64,000 nucleotides of DNA from Fimicolochytrium jonesii (GCF_025526975.1 NW_026515691.1:434001-498000); one strand, 5' to 3'. Shown: positions 25,411 to 40,546, counted from the stretch's first letter. Numbers and translations are program-made. The notes: generated by a model not told the origin, from the sequence alone.

Positions 25411-25623
25411 GGGGTTCCGAGCGTTAGCGAGGAGAAGGCGAGCGCCAGTGAGCCTCATCTGGGCCGTAGTCCGAGCGAAGCGAGGCCCAGGGATGCCTGA
25501 GGGTTCCGAGCGACAGGAGGAGAAGGTGAGAGATAGCGAGCCCCAACTGGGCCGTAGGCGCGAGCCATTCGAGCCGCGAGCGAAAGCGAGCGTTGGTGTT
25601 GTACTGCAACGAGCGATGCGAGG
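25411..25623. repeat. Degenerate ~89-bp tandem repeat rich in GCG(N)NNGC mini-hairpin motifs
   Basis: Units starting GGGTTCCGAGCG at 25412 and 25501; motifs GCGTTAGC, GCGAAGC, GCGAAAGC, GCGATGC. Confidence 0.6.
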
Positions 25624-25974
25624 TGAAGGGTTGGTTCGGTCTGGGAGACCGATACGTCACCAGAGCGAACGTTGTGTGCTATAATGGTAATATACATATG
25701 TACTCGACGGACAAGCAATGCAACCTTCATAAAACATCAGCGTATCTGCCTATTCCAAAAACACTGTCCATCAATCCGATAACTCGTCCTCCGCATCATC
25801 GTCGAGCCCCGCAGCCAAAACGATATCGTCCATGTGGTGCCGGCGGTTTAACGACCGTTGTTTCACGCGATCGATGTCCGCCCTTAGTTCTTTCACCTTG
25901 TGTTGTGCGTCAAGTGCTCAGGGTCAACGTGACATCCTTTTGATGTGGGGCCAGCGGTAAGGAAGCCTGATCTT

Positions 25975-28900
25975 ACCTCACGGTTTGTCACGTCTTCCAG
26001 AACAGATAGATCATCGTCTTCAAGCGGGCCTTCGGATCGGGTAGATGATCTGCTTCAAGTGAGTTAGTGCATGTAATCAGACGAGATGTTCAGACAAGGG
26101 TCTCGGACCTGAACCGGGTCGGGCTGCTCATCCTGAGGGACCGAATCTTATGCAGGTTCTCTCGTTCGAGTCGATCTTTCTCAAGGTGGGCTCGGTCCAG
26201 CTCCTTCTCTGCATCTCGATGAATCAGCCTCCGGTAGCACGAGACACCTGATAAACAAGCAACAACTCACGCATCCGTTTCCGATCCTCAACCAGCTCGA
26301 CCTCTTTCGCCGCCAATCCCGAGACCTGCCTTAGCAGCGCCTCGACCCTCGCTTCGGCCGCCTGGCATCGCGTCCCGACTCGGGTGTGCTGCTGCTTCTC
26401 TTCCTGCAGCCGGGCAACCAGGTCATTCCGCCTTGACTCGATCGCGAGAAGCTGCGATTCGAGTTCTTCGATGCGGGTGGTACAGCGGTGCAGCTGCGTG
26501 CGGAGGTCTTCGATTAGGTGTTCGTGTTGTAGCGCTTGGTGTGTTGTTTCTTGTTTCCTTTGTGGGGGTGAGGATACGTTAGCACCTTATCGTCTCGTAT
26601 GTCCCCGAAGCGCCATATCTCAATCTGGCATTTGATGATGCCGCATGCGATGCAGAGCGGGGAAGCGCACGTACCACTTCTCAGCCATCCGCTTCTGATC
26701 CACAAGCAGCTGCTGGATATCCCGACACGTCCTCGCATGTGCTTCAGTCACGTTCTCCAACTTGAGGCCTAGATCCTTGATCTGTGCCTCGTACTTTTCC
26801 GTCTTGGCCGCGGAGTCGGCCTCGTGCTGCGCGACTACTTTCTGTTTCGTTTCGGCCAGCTTCTTATGTGCGTGTTCGAGATTTGTGAGCTGCGTAAGGA
26901 GTCTCACGCGGTCCTCCTAAGCGCGGCATGAGTGGTTATTCTTATGAGCTGCCTGAAGAGGGAAGATTGAATACGGAATCGGGAATGCGCACCTTAGTCT
27001 CCTCCAAATCACGCTCGGCATTGCGCAAGCGACGGTAGGCATCGTTTGATCTTTCGCCAATCATCTGTTTCTCCTTTTCGAAGCGGTTCTCGTCTCGCAA
27101 AGCTTTCTGATGCAGACTGACAGTCGGATCGTGCAAAAATTTTAGCAAGCTGGAAGCGTTTCATAGCGTGCGGGGTGCTCAACCAAGGGACGACGTCACC
27201 TCTCCAGTTTGTTCATCGCAGCGCTCTTATCCCTTTCGGAGTTCCTGAGGCGAGTATTCAGCTCTTCGATTGTGAGCGCGATGCGGTCGGCTTCTTCGGG
27301 GATGTGTCTGCTCAGCTTTTCCAGCTCGCTTTCTGCGGCGCTGTAGGGTCAAAGTAAGCCCACTGATCGCTTTGATTGCCATGCCACTCTTTGACTGCGA
27401 GATGCGAGATGGAGGGTCGGCTGCTCGCATTACGAGGAGGCCACCTACCGTTTGTCGCGGATAGCTCGATCGGCTTGATGCTAGAAGAGAGCATTGTCGT
27501 TTCAGATCTCTGGATACTGGGACCAAACGACAGCGTCCACCTCGTCCCCAATTCGAACCTGTAGTTGCGAGCACTTTGTTTCCAGATCTGAGATCTCTGC
27601 TGTGAGCTGTTGCTTATCGGAGTTCAGCTGCGCCCTCATTCTGCGGATCGACAAGACAGGAAAGGCCATGAGCGTTCCGTTTGTGTACAATCGCCATTCA
27701 TGCATCGCATACATGATCCCACTCTGTCTTACGTTGCGATCTCTTGCTCCGTTCGCTCCCTATATCGCTGCGGGAACTCGAGCAATTTCTCATTCAGTCG
27801 TTGTATTTCCGACTGGTACTGTTGTTCGCGGATCAGAGCCTTTTCGTACTCCAACTTTGCTTCTTCGGCCTGGATAATAAGATTGCATCAGCATTTCGAT
27901 CGTCGTAACGGTCTCTCGCGCAACCCCCTCTTTCCCGCCTACTTTCTGGATTTCACTCTGCAAGCTCTGATAACTCTCCACCTCCTTCGCCTCCAGCTGA
28001 TCTATCCGCTGCTCGAATTCGGCGCTGATCTTGATCACCTCGTCCTGGTTTTCGCGGAGACTGACGTGCTCAATAGAGAGGGCTGCAAGCTTGGACTTGT
28101 ATTCTGAGTAGCAATGTATGAGAATATACTTACATAGTGCGGAGATATACTTTGATGTTCAGCAGCTTACCATCTCGCTCCAGTTCGATATTCTTCAGAC
28201 TATTGAGTTGATCTCGTTCGCGCGCGGCCAGCGCTTGCGCTTCACGGACATGCGCCTGATATCGCGTCGTCACCTCTTCCAGAGACCTGTCACCTGGGCA
28301 GATGAGACGAGTCTCCCGACACAGAGGCACTTCATGTTGGCCATCCAGCCGCATCCACAGACCCACCTCCGCAGATCACCCACCCTCCCTTGATACGTCT
28401 TGATATCCACCTCCCGCCTCCTGATCTCCTCCACCAGCTTATCATTCTCCACCTGTGCAGCCGTGATCTCGTGTGCGCATTCTTTCACATTGCGTTCGGC
28501 TTGCGTCGCCCGGTCGATCGTGTTGTTGAGGTCTCGTTTGAGGGTGCTGATGAATGCCTGGGCTTGTTGAAGTTCCATGGACTGATTCTGTGCTGTGTAT
28601 GGGGGCGAGTTGTGTTGATCAACATTGCATCCTGCGGCAGAACAGACGGAAGAACATACCATGCTTCTTCGTTTGTGATAGCTCGTCCTCAAGTTCGGCG
28701 ACCTGTCGCTGGGCAGATTTGTTTCGTTCGGCCAGCACGTCGTTCTCGTTGATGAGGACGTCCACTCGCTCGTTCACTTCTTTCCTGCCCGAGTGAAGTA
28801 TGCCGTCAGCCCTGACTTCGGCAAGTATGTATCCCTGCTCATCCCTCAATCCATGCTGTTGAACCACATACCACTCCTCGGCCGAAATCTGCCCTCCCGT

Positions 28901-29510
28901 CACCGCTCTACTCCTGCTCTCCACAAGCGCCTTATGCTTGCTCAGCAGCGAGTCGTACATCTCGCGCACCTGCGACGCTTCCAAACTCAGCAGGCTGTTC
29001 TGATCTAGCTCTTTCTGATTGTCCATGTGTAGAGTGTTGATCGTTTCGTGCAAATGGCGGTTTTCTGTCTGATGGATCAAGTGATCTGAAATTGAGTGTC
29101 CGGTGCTCGTCCAAGCACAGATCCCATTTCGCACCCACCTCGACCCTCTGTAACCGATTCTGCAACTCGGTCACCCTCCGCTCCGAATCATGATCCCTCG
29201 TCTGCCGTATTGGTTCTGCTTTCTGTCTCTTTGGCGATGGCGACCTCCTGCGTGCTGAAATGGATCCAGATCAGGCGTCAGTAGCAGCTAGATCAACCCC
29301 GGTACACCGACGGCTTCCACCCCGACCTTTATCCAAAAGCGACTCCACACCACTTAGACCCGCATCGGCGTCCCTACGGCTCGACGGCACATCCAGATCT
29401 GCTGGGTCCGACGGTCGGATCGCAGGGTGGCCGTCGATATTGCCGGATTTCAACACGGTCTCGCGCAGTAACCGGGTCCGGTCTTCGCGGGTGAGCATTG
29501 ATGGAAGCAT
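25975..29510 (-). CDS. SCLT1-like centriolar distal-appendage coiled-coil protein (many exons; ends approximate)
   Basis: Continuous coiled-coil exons with canonical splice sites; IQQLLVDQKRMAEKW...LIEDLRTQL recalls the SCLT1 C-terminal motif. Confidence 0.55.
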
Positions 29511-29998
29511 GTTTGGGTGTGATATGTGGGACCTAGCTGGGCACAGAAGCTCTTTGGACACATGAACTGTGCCAGGACCGCTGGAAGATAGCGATGAGCT
29601 TATGGGACGGAAAACCATTGACGCGTCTCCCCAGAAAAGTGGCGAGTTTCAAGCTTCACCGCGCGTCCGATCGGGACAAACCTTCGACAGCGCGTGTCCA
29701 TTTATTGACAGTGCCCTACATACTGTACGCCGTTCCGCCAGGCTCTCGCCCTGCCGCTCACAAGGAACTTCCTTTTTAGGTGCAGTCCGCTCAAACCCGA
29801 CATCCCTGTGCCGACGCCTGCCATCAGTGCCATCTTCGAGAGTTCAGGCCTCTTTACGCAGTCAGCGACGCGGTGCTACAAGCACTCACCGCGCCATACG
29901 CAAACTTTTCCCCGCAGTGTGGTTGACTTTATCGAATTCTTCGAGTCTATGACATACAAATGAATATCAATGTGTTAAAGACAATGCAATTCATCCAA

Positions 29999-30070
29999 TT
30001 CCAGTTAGTATATTGGCTAGTATCTCCGCCTGTCACGCGGAAGAGCCGGGTTCGATTCCCGGACTGGAAG
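29999..30070 (+). tRNA. tRNA-Asp(GUC)
   Basis: Acceptor stem TTCCAGT/ACTGGAA, anticodon arm TCCGC-CTGTCAC-GCGGA (GTC at 30032-34), GGTTCGATTCC T-arm, downstream oligo-T Pol III terminator. Confidence 0.97.
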
Positions 30071-30832
30071 CTTAATTTTTTCCTTTTTTCTTTCCCTCAA
30101 AACGCGTTTTGGCTGCAACCCGATTATCCCTTTTCGCCAACCGTACAGTACTGCACTGCATTGCACGCTCTCGAGAACAATACACGGACGGAATGATCGC
30201 CTGGCATCACGTTTTTTTTTCACACCTTCCATTGGGTATGTATGTACATGTCCCACCTGAATGAGACGGTAGCCCGAATTCAGACCCAATCCCGCCCGGT
30301 TCTGTGATACGTTGATTCCCGCGACGGTCGCATTGATTGTCGAGCGACGGGATCGCGGTGCAGCCATTTTGACAGTTGTTGGTATGCTGGTGTGTGTGAA
30401 CGATTGGTCTTCCATTCCCCCTGATGTATCGCACGGAAGCATTGATTCTTATTCTAGGTGCCGCGATGTTCGTTGCGATGCCTTCAGACTCGTTTTGAAG
30501 GACGCCTTTCTGTAACTGGATGGAGGCATTCAAGGAGGCAGTCTTACAAAGCGGAAGACATGATATCATGCCAACGCAACAAAGCATATTCCCAAGCTCA
30601 CGTCATGTAGAAAGCAAGAAGGTCAGCTACGTATGCGATATGACCATTCAAAACTAGTATGAGAGCTAAAATGAACGGCCATCGCCTATGACTATGAACA
30701 GTATATACATTGGGGCCCATCCATCCGTCCCGTCCCACATCACCATGCAAAACAAACCAGAACGTACAAAAGCTATAAACCCTTCCACCTATCCCCGCCA
30801 CGCGCGAAATGTATCCCAACAACATACGCCTT

Positions 30833-33233
30833 CTAAACAGCAACCTTCTCAAACCTCGCCGCCAGCGACCTCACCCCTCCCTTCTGTTCCTCCACACCTC
30901 CATCTCCCCCACCACTCCCCGCAACAGCATCTGCACAATCCTTCACAACCTTCGCATCCCTAAACGGGTCCCCAAGATCCAACATCGGTAACGGTGTTGC
31001 CGCCGGCTGTGGTTTGGAAGGCGTGGAGGGTTTTGACCAGGGTGGGGAAGGTTCGAATGAGTTTGTATTTTGGGTGGTAGTGTCGGGAGTGGCGGGTTGG
31101 GGGCGTTTGCGAGGGGGTGGAGTTGGGGGGGTGGTGGTGGGGAGATGTTTTGGTTCTACTGCCGGGGGAATGTGGGCGTGGCGGGGGGGTTGATGGGAGA
31201 GTGGGCGGGGTGCCGGGGTGGGCTGGGGGGTGGCGTCGGCTAGGGAGGAGCTGCGTTGGTGGTGGGAGATTGAGGGTTGTTTTGTGGGTATTTGTTGTTG
31301 TTGATGGTGTTGTTGCTGCTGTTGTTGGTAGTGCTGTACTGAAGATGGTTGCGGGGATTGCTGAACCCTCTCATACGACCCCTCCGAATCCCTCGCCTGT
31401 CCCGCCAACTTCTTCAGCTTGTTTTTCGCCACAGTGTTCAACCGACCCATGAACCCTTTTCCTCCTTTATCTACATGTGAAGATTTTTGCGACGAGAACG
31501 CAGCAGCCGTTTCCCCATACATTTTCAAAATCGCATCGGATGTCTTGCGCTTGATTTGCCGCGGCTCGGTCTGTTCGGCGCGAAAGGGTGGTATAGGCGC
31601 GGTGGAAGCGGCAGGTCGAGGCGGTTGTAACGGTGCATTGCTGCTCACGTCCGAGGGTCGTGGAGATGCAGAGTCTAGGTAGTACGCGCTTGCATCTTCG
31701 TCTGCGGAAAGGAAGTCCAATTGTCCAAGTTGTGAAGGCCCGGACATGTCAAAGTTATCCACGTTTGGGCTCTCGGGTTCGGCGTCCGTATCAGGCCGAA
31801 ATATTTGCGAGACCTCCCCGAAACGCACTCGCTTGTCGCTGCTTTTGCTACTTTCCAAGCTTATCGCCGATGTGTTGGCGAGCCCGCCTCTTGGCAAGTG
31901 ATGGAGTGAGCTGTTATTCGAGACACCGGAATCGAGTGACCTGCGCATCTCGGGCGTGCCTGAAGGGTCATGCTTTCTTGGCGGTGGCGGTGGCGGTGCC
32001 GCACGGGTTTGGGATGGCTGCTGTGCAAGGGGCCTCGGAATAGGCTCCGACATCGCTGCTTCCGCGAACCATCGGTGATTGATAGCATCCGTGATCGCAG
32101 GCCTCCGTTCCGGATCCACCTGCAAAAGGCTTGCAATAAGGTTCTTTGCGTCCTCCGAGACTTGGATGTCATCCGGGAACGTGTAGCCTTTCTTGATGGC
32201 ATCCAACTGCTGCTTTGTTCCTATCTTCTTCGTCCGTAACATCCCACCGCCAGCCGTGGCAATGAACGGAAGTCGCCCGTACAGGAGCAGATAGGCTGTG
32301 ACACCACAGGACCACAGATCGACCGGTCTTCCGTAGAATGTGCGGGAAAGCATCTCTGGGGCCTGATGGGGTGGTTTTAAGTCGCTAACCCTGACAGAAA
32401 CAGACGATAACGATAAAATCACCATACCTGGAAGCCTTGTGTTCCAGCTATTTGGTTCAGGTTGTTGTAACCGACATTTCCGACAGTTACGCCGAAATCT
32501 CCCAATTTCAGGGACGTCAAGTCCGTACGCGTCATGAGCATCAGGTTCGACGGTTTGATGTCACTATATGAACGCGCAACCCGAACACGGTCAGTACGAC
32601 TCGATTCGTTCGTAGCGAGCAGCCCTTAAAAAGCACATACCGATGGACAAGTGATGCAGTATGAACACAAGCTACGCTCTCGAGCATCCCAAAGACAACT
32701 TCCCGTGCCGCAAACTCCGGTAAATGGTGATACTCATCCAGAAGATCCTGTACGGTGCATTCGGCTCTGGAAGTGCACAAAGGAAGATAAGCACATATGT
32801 CACTTGCCCGACTAGTGGCAATGCAGACGAACCTCTCCATAATAAGGACCAGTTGGTTCTCATCGTTGGAATAGAAATCGAGGTATTGGATGATTCGCGC
32901 CGGATATTGCCGTGACAGGTCTTTGATAATCTCCACCTAATGGTGGACTTGAGCATCCCTACGAGTCAACAGCAGGAAAGACCTTCTCCAAGCAACCCAC
33001 CTCAGCCACCACCTTTTCGTCCCGTACGGGTCCATCAGCGAACTGCTCCCTCTCGAAGAGTTTCATAGCCACCGGTTCTCCCGTTTGCTTGTTGATGCCT
33101 AACCACACATTGTCCTCACTATGCGCGGATGCGATAAACGTAGTTATGAGTATATAGCGGTCTTACACTTCATAACATGTCTAAAGATGAAAACATACTT
33201 TCCCACTCGCCGTTCTGGCCAATACAAGTCCAT
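30833..33233 (-). CDS. Ser/Thr protein kinase (CAMK-like) with a long disordered C-terminal tail; may extend further 5'
   Basis: Spliced VAMK, VHRDIKPSN, LGDFG, GTQGFQAPE, DLWSCG and PERRP motifs. Confidence 0.88.
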
Positions 33234-34699
33234 TGTTTTCCAGCGACCGTCGTCAAGTGCAAGGGACGTGTTTTTCTGAAGTTTCCAATACTGAGGTCTT
33301 CCAAGGTTGGACGGTATAGGTTCCCCGTTGACGTCCCTCCCCGAACGCTGTTACGTAGTAGAATGTCGAGTTCAAAGGCGTTTGCACATGCTGTGCAGGT
33401 CGCTGGAGGCCCAAAGAGCTTCCCGTCCAAAGCACCCCTGTGTGTCATGTCCTCTCCGGACCGGCTTGGCTCATGCTTGGCTGGTGGCGTTCAGCCGTGG
33501 CTGTGCTGTCAAATCTGACCGCTGCGTTGCCAACTTGCCACTGGCCAGCATCTCGGAAGCATCTGCACAGCCACTGCACATGACCTCACCGCCGAAAGAG
33601 AACAACGTCCGGCTCAACGCAGGCTCCGATTTATCCTTTCGCGTCGAGGCAGCCCAACTGAGGTGGGTGGAGGAATGCTGGCACGGTGGAGGGAATAACA
33701 GGAGAGTCTGAGGAGACTGCAGCAACACCAAAGTATTTTCCTTCCATAGTGTGGTCAAACACCCGCAGGCCCGCATAGGCCCGCATAGGCCTTTCTAAGG
33801 TGGCACTGACCGCCAGGCATTTAGGACGACGCCTCGGCTGAGTTGGTCGAATGGCATGGCGAGTGTTTGTCTCTACACGGCAGAGGTGCGGCCTGGCTCC
33901 TGGATGCTTATGGTATCGAGGCGATTGTCTTGCGCGAGAGATCAATTTTGCCGGCGTACCGATGACTAGTTTGGAGACAGCATTTTGCCGAGTTCTTCGA
34001 GGCGGTTTGAAGTGAGCAGTGAGAACATGCGCTGTCCATTCCGCAGATGGACTGCTCCGATCGAGTTGCAGGAGCTGGTGAACATAACGCCCAACAGCAT
34101 TAGGGAGGCCAGAAGCTGAAGCGGACTTGGAGACCACCATACATGGTTTGCGCGCATTGGCCATGTAGACTCTGATACTGGGATAAGAGAGGCCTCAGGC
34201 TGCACGACCGCCCCGGCGTTATTGACGGCCATGATGGCGCACCGGCAACCGATGCGGATACCTCAAATCGATCAGGAAGCCGGACTGTTACGTTTGCGAA
34301 TCCAGTTTGCACAGGAACAGCAGAAAACCGACGAAAGAGCGGAAATCTGAATTTCCTTGTGGAGTCGTGGAGTCGTGAAGACCAAGGGGAATTGTACACC
34401 AGTGCTGTAATCACGGCAGTGTCGAGCAGTGCTTGAAGATGACGGCAGGCTGTACGGACTACAGATGTCTTACTGCCATCTTCAGGCACTGGTGGATTAA
34501 AAGAAAGTGGATGGCGACGGAAGGCAGGGAATATGGCACACACAGAGACGAAAGGCGGTGCATTTGACTTACGCGACGGCCTTTCGAGAATTACATGGAA
34601 AGCTTCATCTGCGTCGCGACAAGGGCGAAGGTCACGTCTCGTCATCGCTTCCTGACACGGGAGGAGTAGGGGCATGCGCGCCTTGCAGATTTATGTCGG

Positions 34700-36300
34700 A
34701 CCGTCTCTTGTGTTCGGGCATGGAATCAGTGCCGGAGACAACGAAGCTCTCGACGGAAGTAGTAGGGCCCCATCAAACCGATGTGCGAACCAGTACGGCT
34801 GTCATTGATGGTGTTGGCGCAAGTCCCAACGCATTACGCGCTTCCGGGGATTTCGTTCTCATATCCGAAGACAGTGGAAAGGAAGTCCAATTCATTTGGA
34901 TGACACCAACCAAGTTTACTTGAGCGTTCCGTTTCTTTACCATATCTATCTTGGTGACGCTGCTCCCATCGACGTGGGCTTATCGACAAATGTCATCAGA
35001 TCTCGTGCTCGGACTTCGGGCAAGCTTGATTTCGGAGGTTACGTCGCTGCCAGAAAGCGATCTGACGGTCGCCACAAGACAGTTTTGCACGGCGGGTTCT
35101 GCCGTTTTCAACTATCACTCGGTCGACGCCTTCTACATACATCGGAAAGCGGGCCCTGATTGTGTCTCGACGAGCCGTTGATCAACCATCCACATTACAC
35201 CCCATATCAATTCGAATCGCAGGACGCGCGACCTGATGGTACAGACGATGATAGATGCCGCGAAATACACTGATGTGACGGGGCCCTACGGATGTCCGCA
35301 TCTTTAGGGACAACTTGATGGTGTAAACTATGGTTTGACGAAAAAACGATCAAAAGGGGGCCGTTCGCCGGACCCTTCCGTCGGATATTTTGTGGGCAAG
35401 CGATATTGCAGATTTCGTTGCTGGGGATCCTTGCTCTGGCCGCTGCAAACAATGTCTGTTTTGGCAGGATCATCAATGATTCCCTACCCGCCCCGCAACG
35501 GCAATCTCCCCTTCCTCTCCTGGTCATCCACCGTCGTCCTCCGCTTCAACAGAAGGAAGGCCCACGTCAAACAAAATTTGGACGAAATTTGTGCCACTTC
35601 GCTAGAAGATCCTCACGGTCGACGCTTACCGCGCTGGGCCAGGTTCAAAGGGAGGCAGCCTTTTATATATACGTACCACCCGGCGTTGGGATACGCGACG
35701 GATAAGAACAGTTTCGCATAAATAGCGGACATGTTTCGCAGTTCCCAGGGGAGTCTCCAGAACCAGATCCTGCATACCTTCAGCATCTTCTCGCATCAAC
35801 AACAACAAGTCATCAAGATGATCGCAGATATCAATCACGACACGCTGGTGGAAGGAGCTTCTCCACTTCAATGCTTCACCGAACGACATGAAGAAGGTCC
35901 GCTCTTCGCTGACGTCGGCGAATTAGGCGGCGAAGTTCGACGTGTCAATCCCCATCAACGGCACCGCCATCTGTGTGGCAATCCGCTGCCGAAATCCGCG
36001 GAGCTAGGGGCTTGCGACGGTGATACGCGCGGCGTATCTGCCGGGCTGAGAGATTTGTAGAATTATGATGGATGCAATGCTGCCTTATGGAAGCTAAGCC
36101 GGCGTTTGCTTCGTGTGAGGAAGGTCAAAAGGATATCCATCTCCATGTTCCTCACTCGCCATCGCCAGCCATTCTCGAAAGTCAAGTAGGTAACGGCTGT
36201 GTGAGTGATACGCCACCACAACGGGCCTTTTTCTCGAGGAAGATGAACGCCCGAACCCAATCCGATGTGTGCGATGCAGGAACCCGTCTAAATATTGCAG
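34700..36300 (+). pseudogene. Decayed gene-like or TE-like sequence of unknown family
   Basis: Abutting protein-like ORF fragments in shifted frames; 35335-35721 and 35731-36060 are in the same frame separated by one TAA. Confidence 0.3.
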
Positions 36301-36391
36301 TAAATAATATGCGTCTATATACATGTTCATCCCCCTTCCAGAGGTCCTTTGCATCGGAGACCCCAAGCTCCCTCTTCTCCCGCAGAAACCC

Positions 36392-37223
36392 CTACGCAGA
36401 CTTCTTTTGGCCCCCCACATCCTTCCCCGCCTCAATCGGCGGCAGCACACCCAACGCATCCGGCCCCTCCTCATCCACATACGATTTCACAATGTTCTGC
36501 GCATACGGGTGGTCTTCGTCTGCAAAGATGAACAGACGGCCCATTTGCACTTTTCGTAGGCCGTTTTTCGGGAGCATGCCGTAGACTGCTTTTTTTAACG
36601 GCTGTTGGGAATGAAATGCATGATAATGGTCAGAAAACATCATGTAGTCCGCGATCGTGTGTTTACTCCCCTAGTTCTCCTGCCCCTCCTCCTCGAAACC
36701 ATGTGCCCGTGATAAACAAGAAACCTACCCCAGTAGGATGCTCCTCCGCAAACTTGTTGTACGTCAAGTTCGTAACACCCCCAGGCCATCCACTATGCCA
36801 GAAGTAGTTCTTCTGTGTCGCCTTCTTTCCGGTCAGCGCGACGTGGCGGGCGTTCACTACTACGACATAATCTCCTGCGTCGACTAAAGGAAGTTGATTA
36901 GCCCTTGGTTCTGATCTTCGAGTGACTTGGAATAGAAACAGTCTGACTTACTCGATGGGTGATGAATAGGCTTATACTTCCCCCGCAGGGCTATGCTTAT
37001 CCGCTGCGCGAGCTTGCCGAGGACTTTGTCGCGGGCGTCGACTAGGTGCCATACTCGGCCGTATGCTAATCCGGTCTACGAAGGTAGAGAAGGTGGGTTA
37101 GACTGTGGTTCCGGGATTTGCCCGGTGTCATTGGAAGGCCTGCGGCAGCGAAACCCTGAGGGATAAGAAGACTCTATCGTCTGCTGCTGTTAAACTGCTT
37201 GTGGTGCTTACCCGTAGAGTCAT
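36392..37223 (-). CDS. MRPL13: Mitochondrial ribosomal protein uL13m
   Basis: WHLVDA...LGKLA...[35 protein letters not shown]; multi-exon. Confidence 0.93.
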
Positions 37224-37425
37224 TATGCTGGTTTGTGGTGTTGGTTGTTGAACGAGAAGGGCAGTCGAACTGAGAGTTGAAAGCTGGTTGAAAATGAGTT
37301 GAAAGAGTTGAAGGCTTGGATTTCTTGTCGCGCGAGGTTTTCCCTGTCGACTTTTTCCTACTCGCGGAAATTGCAGCTCACTAGGCCCTCACACCCAGCA
37401 CACCACCACATCCACCACAACAACA

Positions 37426-38852
37426 ATGACAGCCCCAGCCACCTTACCGCCCGCAGGCCCCACCCCCGCGTCCGCCGTCCAAGCCGTCCTAGTCCCCTCA
37501 GCCCCCATGCCCACCGACTCAACAGAAGTCAAAGGCTACGACTTCAACAACGGTGTCGACTACAGCGCCCTGCTCGCCTCTTATTTCCGGACAGGGTACC
37601 AGGCGACGAGTGTTGGGCAGGCTGTTGAGGAGATTAATCGGATGGTAAAATATCAGGGATGAAGTTACGTTGATTTGGGGCATGGTGGTTAATGGAGTTC
37701 ATTCTGTCAATGCGTAGATAAAATGGAGGTTATCGGACGAACCAATAGCAGACGACGAGACGGAGGAGTACAGGGATCCGGAAGCGAGGCGGAAGATCAA
37801 GTGCAAGATTTTCTTGGGATATACATCCAATCTTATATCGTCAGGACTAAGGGAGGTCATTCGATACCTCGTTGAGCATTCCATGGTGCGTAACCGGCAT
37901 CACCTCTTCCCCTCTTCCGTTCACCTCGACCTAACCAACAAGATTGGATTCCTCAGGTAGACTGCATAGTAGCCTCAGCAGGCGGCATCGAAGAAGACCT
38001 CATCAAATGCCTCGGCCCCACCTACATCGGCTCCTTCTCCCTCCCCGGCGCAAATCTCCGCAAACAAGGGCTCAACCGCATCGGCAACCTCCTCGTCCCA
38101 AACGACAACTACTGCAAATTCGAGGACTGGGTGATGCCGATCCTGGACGCGATGCTGGAGGAGCAGAAACGCGATGGCGTGGTGTGGACGCCGTCGAAGG
38201 TTGTGAGGAGGTTGGGGAGGGAGATTGGGGATACGGAAAGTGTTTATTATTGGGCTTGGAAGGTACGCTGCCTCTACTCACAATATATTTGCGCACACCG
38301 GTTGACTCACGCAAACGTATTATACCCCTCCGCACACAGAACAACATCCCAGTCTACTGCCCAGCCCTAACCGACGGCTCCCTCGGCGACATGATCTACT
38401 TCCACTCCTACAAAAACCCGGGCCTCATAATCGATATCGCGGGCGATATCCGCGCGGTCAACAACGAGGCTGTGTTTGCGAAAAAGACCGGGATGATTAT
38501 CTTGGGGGGTGGAGTGGTCAAGCATCATATTTGTAATGCGAATCTGATGGTGAGGGTTTTGGTCTCCGTTCCTCTGTTCTTGATCATGTTTGGCTGATAG
38601 ACTCAACCCAACCCGATATGACTCCTCCAGCGCAACGGAGCAGATTACGCAGTATACATCAACACCGGCCAAGAATTCGATGGCAGCGACGCCGGCGCCC
38701 GGCCAGACGAGGCCGTCTCGTGGGGCAAGATCCGCATGGACGCCAAACCGGTGAAAGTGTATGCGGACGCGACCGTTGTGTTTCCGTTGATTGTGGCGGA
38801 GACTTTTGCTAAACACGGTGTGAAGAGGGTGGCGGATGGCGCGACGGATTAG
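37426..38852 (+). CDS. DYS1: Deoxyhypusine synthase
   Basis: [70 protein letters not shown]. Confidence 0.97.
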
Positions 38853-39129
38853 GTGCAGGCGGAACTCGTAGCGTAACTGCTTTGTCTTTCAGACATAATT
38901 TATTTCACTAGCATAGGCTATCTTATGTCTCTCTCCCTGTTTTCGTCGTAGCAGATAGCAGGGAGAGCAAACTACTTAGTCAATCCATTTTGGGGGTGTT
39001 TTCCACATACATATCAACATAGACAGGGGTATCGACAAATCGCAAATATATACAATGTTGCCTGACCGATCTCCTTGAACATCATGGCGGTGTGGCCTAA
39101 GCACACGTCAGTCTCCCTTCGAATGCACC

Positions 39130-40027
<898 letters not shown>

Positions 40028-40546
40028 CGGTGGAAGGGTGCTTTTCTGAGAGCGATGGGGCAGGCAGGGAAACGATATCGATTTTTGCAGTTATCGGAGT
40101 TTGCGGGTCGGTTGGAGTGAGTTAGGAGCGAAGCAAGCAAAGTGCCAGTGGGAAAAAGGAGCGAGCGGAAAGGGGGAAAGCTCAGAACACTTCGCGTCGG
40201 TGACTTTGCGTTTTCGGACAAGTTCCAATTGAACAAGTCACGTGGTATGTCCGAGATCCAAATAAACTCTCGGGGTGCCGACTCTGACTTCAGCGCACGA
40301 CTAATCCCCACTGGGAAACAGCCCGCCTTGTTCTTGGCTAACCTTCAACGACGAGCGACAACCACCACCTAAATGCGATAACCTTGCGCAACTTCTCTGG
40401 TAAAGGTGAAACGCTACGAAATCCGTGCAAACCCAGCCTCACTCCTGTCCCAACGCAAAGATCAGCCAAAAAGTGTCCCACATAGTGTTCAACCGCCTCA
40501 AAAACAAATACTCAACACAAACCGCAACCTTCCATAACCCCAACCA

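Noticed and set aside
25411..25623. CRISPR-like repeat array
   Set aside because: Units are degenerate with no unique equal-length spacers; eukaryotic context with no cas genes
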